From: a virus
Direction: 5' to 3' (one strand)
IMG/VR virus record: IMGVR_UViG_3300021197_001931
Span: 1-64,000 of that record
DNA length: 64,000 nucleotides
The position numbers and the translations under genes are program-made. The notes below the pieces were generated by a model, which worked only from the letters and a program-made list of their open reading frames with translations, was not told the origin of the DNA and made no database searches. Below, in pieces: positions 61,969 through 64,000 of this stretch (positions are counted from its first letter, which is position 1; every line of letters begins with the position of its first letter).

Positions 61969-64000
61969 TGTCTACAATACCTCCATCAGGACCAGGTCCG
62001 TATCCACCACCAGGCGGGGGCTCTGGGCCCACTTTGCCCGACCTAGGTCCATCCGCAACGGAGCCATCGATTGCTGGTGATTTTCCGGGATTAAGAAATG
62101 GCTCAGAGCATGCAAAAAATGTTATTGTTGTTGACAAAGAGAACGCCTCTTTGTCTCTAAGTCCAAATACAGACCCAATTAGAAGAGACTCGCTCGCCCA
62201 TTGGGCCACCTTTGAAGAGAGTGGTTTACCGAATCAAACATTAGCTTGGATCAGAGATGGAAGACATGATAGCCTAGTAGAGTCTGCAAGAATAAACAAT
62301 ATTGAATATAGAACGTCAACTGATGATGGTGTGCCATCTGAACTTTTTCCATATGGCGTTAGAGAAGAGACGATAAGAATTACGTATAAAGATAATTTCT
62401 TAGGTGACGACCCAGAAGCTTTTCTTAGCTATCTTTTAGCAAATGGATTCGCCAACGTTGGTAGAGAATATTTTGACCACGCTTTAGAATATTTTGAAGC
62501 GTTTACGCCAGAACAAAACCAAGCTCTTTATGGGGATACAAGCGGGATGTCCCACCAATTGACTTCCCAGGTCGCGTTTGATTACAATTTTTATACAAAA
62601 TTATACGAAGAGAATGTAGGCAGATATACGATACCTGAGACAATATATCCCCATATATACACTTTTTATTTAGAAAAAGAAAGGGCACTAGAGGGAGGAG
62701 ATAGTCCATTTTACGGCGATATAGTCGATGCTTCTTACCTTGACCCCAGAATTGATCAGGAAGGGTATAGTGAACAGTGGATATACCATGATTTTATCAC
62801 ACTAAATAGGCCAATAGAAGAGCAGCGCATTTTTATAAATTTAATAAGAGAAACATCGGTTAGCTCTGAAAAAATTGGAGAAATAGATAGGGGAGAATAT
62901 TTTGATGTTTGGGCAGATAGATATCCAAATGCCCTGGCAGGCTCTGTTGAAACAGCAGCTGGCTCAACGCTGATTCGAATCGGAATAGACAAACTTACAG
63001 ACAAGTATAAAAATGTAATTATACCTTTGACCACTGAGGATAGAATTCATTCAAGCTACAATTCGTATAAAGAGTTGTTCCCTATGTTTGCAGATATACA
63101 ATTTTCACAAACGTCTCCGAACAAAGTGGTTCAAAGCCTAACAGACACACCAGATGATGATGCTAATTTTTCAATTTTTAATAATTTAATGAGAGATGTT
63201 ATTTCTGATTTTATAGCCCTAAGCAGAGTTGGCGGGATAAACGTATTTTCAACAGTTAAGAATTTTGCAGAAAACCACGAACAAGCATACCCAGACTCAC
63301 TAGGTAACCCTTCTCTTTTGCCTACTGCTGGAAACGCAACTAGAAGAGTTTTTAATTTGGGAGATTGGGCTCTCGGAGAAGAATCCATTGATTACAACGA
63401 ATCAGATTACATATTTTTACAAAATTTTGCTTCTGAAGAAGCTGAAACAACATTATCTGATCTGATTACAATAAGAAGAAATTCTGATGTCTTAGTTGAG
63501 GATTTTGTTTTAGCAGACATCCTGCCTAATTTAAGAAATACATTACTTAATGCGTACAACAATCACCGGAGAACTTATAGAGACATATTGTCTGGAAATA
63601 GGGCCTACTCTGAAGATGTGTTTTTTAAAGTTAGCAAATTTGCTATTTCGCCAAGCGGAGTCCGCTCTTCGACGCCCATTCAAAGTTTTTATCTTGTGAA
63701 TGACGAGCATAATAGAAGTGTGGTTAATCTTATAGATACGCAGTTAAAGTATGGCGAAACATATGAATATGAAATTAACACATGTAGGCTGGTGTATGGG
63801 ACCAAGACACGAATAACATCTGCTAGATATTTTAGACCTGATAGTTTTAGAATACGAACAGATGGGGAGCCTGGCTTTATGGTTTCTGGCGTGTTTAGGC
63901 CCGTTGTTGCTGGTGAAGTTTCTTTTATAGATGAAGCAACCACGCCAACAACCCCACCAATCGGCCCAGGCGGAGGCCCTGGCTCAGGGGGGACACCCCC
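61968..64000 (+). CDS. Large hypothetical virion protein, truncated by the window end (not in the ORF track)
   Basis: TAATG-coupled start MSTIPPSGPGPYPPPGGG...; the same frame reads ...DEATTPTTPPIGPGGGPGSGGTP at the window end; internal frame spot-checked only. Confidence 0.75.
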   Translation, partial: MSTIPPSGPGPYPPPGGGSGPTLPDLGPSATEPSIAGDFPGLRNGSEHAKNVIVVDKENASLSLSPNTDPIRRDSLAHWATFEESGLPNQTLAWIRDGRHDSLVESARINNIEYRTSTDDGVPSELFPYGVREETIRITYKDNFLGDDPEAFLSYLLANGFANVGREYFDHALEYFEAFTPEQNQALYGDTSGMSHQLTSQVAFDYNFYTKLYEENVGRYTIPETIYPHIYTFYLEKERALEGGDSPFYGDIVDASYLDPRIDQEGYSEQWIYHDFITLNRPIEEQRIFINLIRETSVSSEKIGEIDRGEYFDVWADRYPNALAGSVETAAGSTLIRIGIDKLTDKYKNVIIPLTTEDRIHSSYNSYKELFPMFADIQFSQTSPNKVVQSLTDTPDDDANFSIFNNLMRDVISDFIALSRVGGINVFSTVKNFAENHEQAYPDSLGNPSLLPTAGNATRRVFNLGDWALGEESIDYNESDYIFLQNFASEEAETTLSDLITIRRNSDVLVEDFVLADILPNLRNTLLNAYNNHRRTYRDILSGNRAYSEDVFFKVSKFAISPSGVRSSTPIQSFYLVNDEHNRSVVNLIDTQLKYGETYEYEINTCRLVYGTKTRITSARYFRPDSFRIRTDGEPGFMVSGVFRPVVAGEVSFIDEATTPTTPPIGPGGGPGSGGTP

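Noticed and set aside
790-63943. The many minus-strand ORFs in the track, including the 298-aa ORF at 40181-41077
   Set aside because: They lie antisense to convincing + strand genes or tRNAs and show no recognisable motifs; treated as shadow ORFs

Overview
The window is almost entirely coding, AT-rich and encoded on the + strand. It reads as part of a very large (jumbo/huge) tailed phage with a contractile, T4-like baseplate, and it translates cleanly in the standard code. It has four blocks. (1) 1-10.7 kb: small and acidic hypothetical proteins plus a translation/host-takeover island with a tmRNA (tag ANNSNYSELALAA), five tRNAs (Ile-UAU, Arg-UCU, Leu-CAA, Asn-GUU, Thr-UGU), an HNH nuclease, ClpP, a SPOUT methyltransferase, PIN-PhoH, two HEXXH peptidases and a Cas4/RecB-like nuclease. 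(2) 10.7-33.1 kb: a 26-gene glycan-biosynthesis cluster with about 9 glycosyltransferases, 4 methyltransferases, a heptose-like pathway lacking GmhA (transaldolase, RpiB-nucleotidyltransferase fusion, PfkB kinase, AraD, cupin, HAD, GT9), NeuA and a divergent NeuB, SqdB, DUF4910, Ugd and an epimerase. No export or membrane machinery is visible in it. (3) 33.1-35.1 kb: small genes and a gp55-like late sigma factor. (4) 35.1-64 kb: baseplate/tail genes (lysozyme hub, spike, 2420-aa protein, gp25, gp6, 2932-aa LamG protein and others), the last one truncated by the window end. The best candidate for an undescribed system is a self-contained virion-glycosylation system: an unusual nucleotide-sugar factory next to baseplate proteins that are enriched in a dispersed [S/T]-G-S motif, a possible acceptor sequon. 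Also notable are a recurring ACTA[A/T/G]TTA promoter-like motif, a structured intergenic element at about 6.1 kb, and a tRNA-Ile with a UAU anticodon. All family calls come from recognising motifs by eye; no database searches were run.
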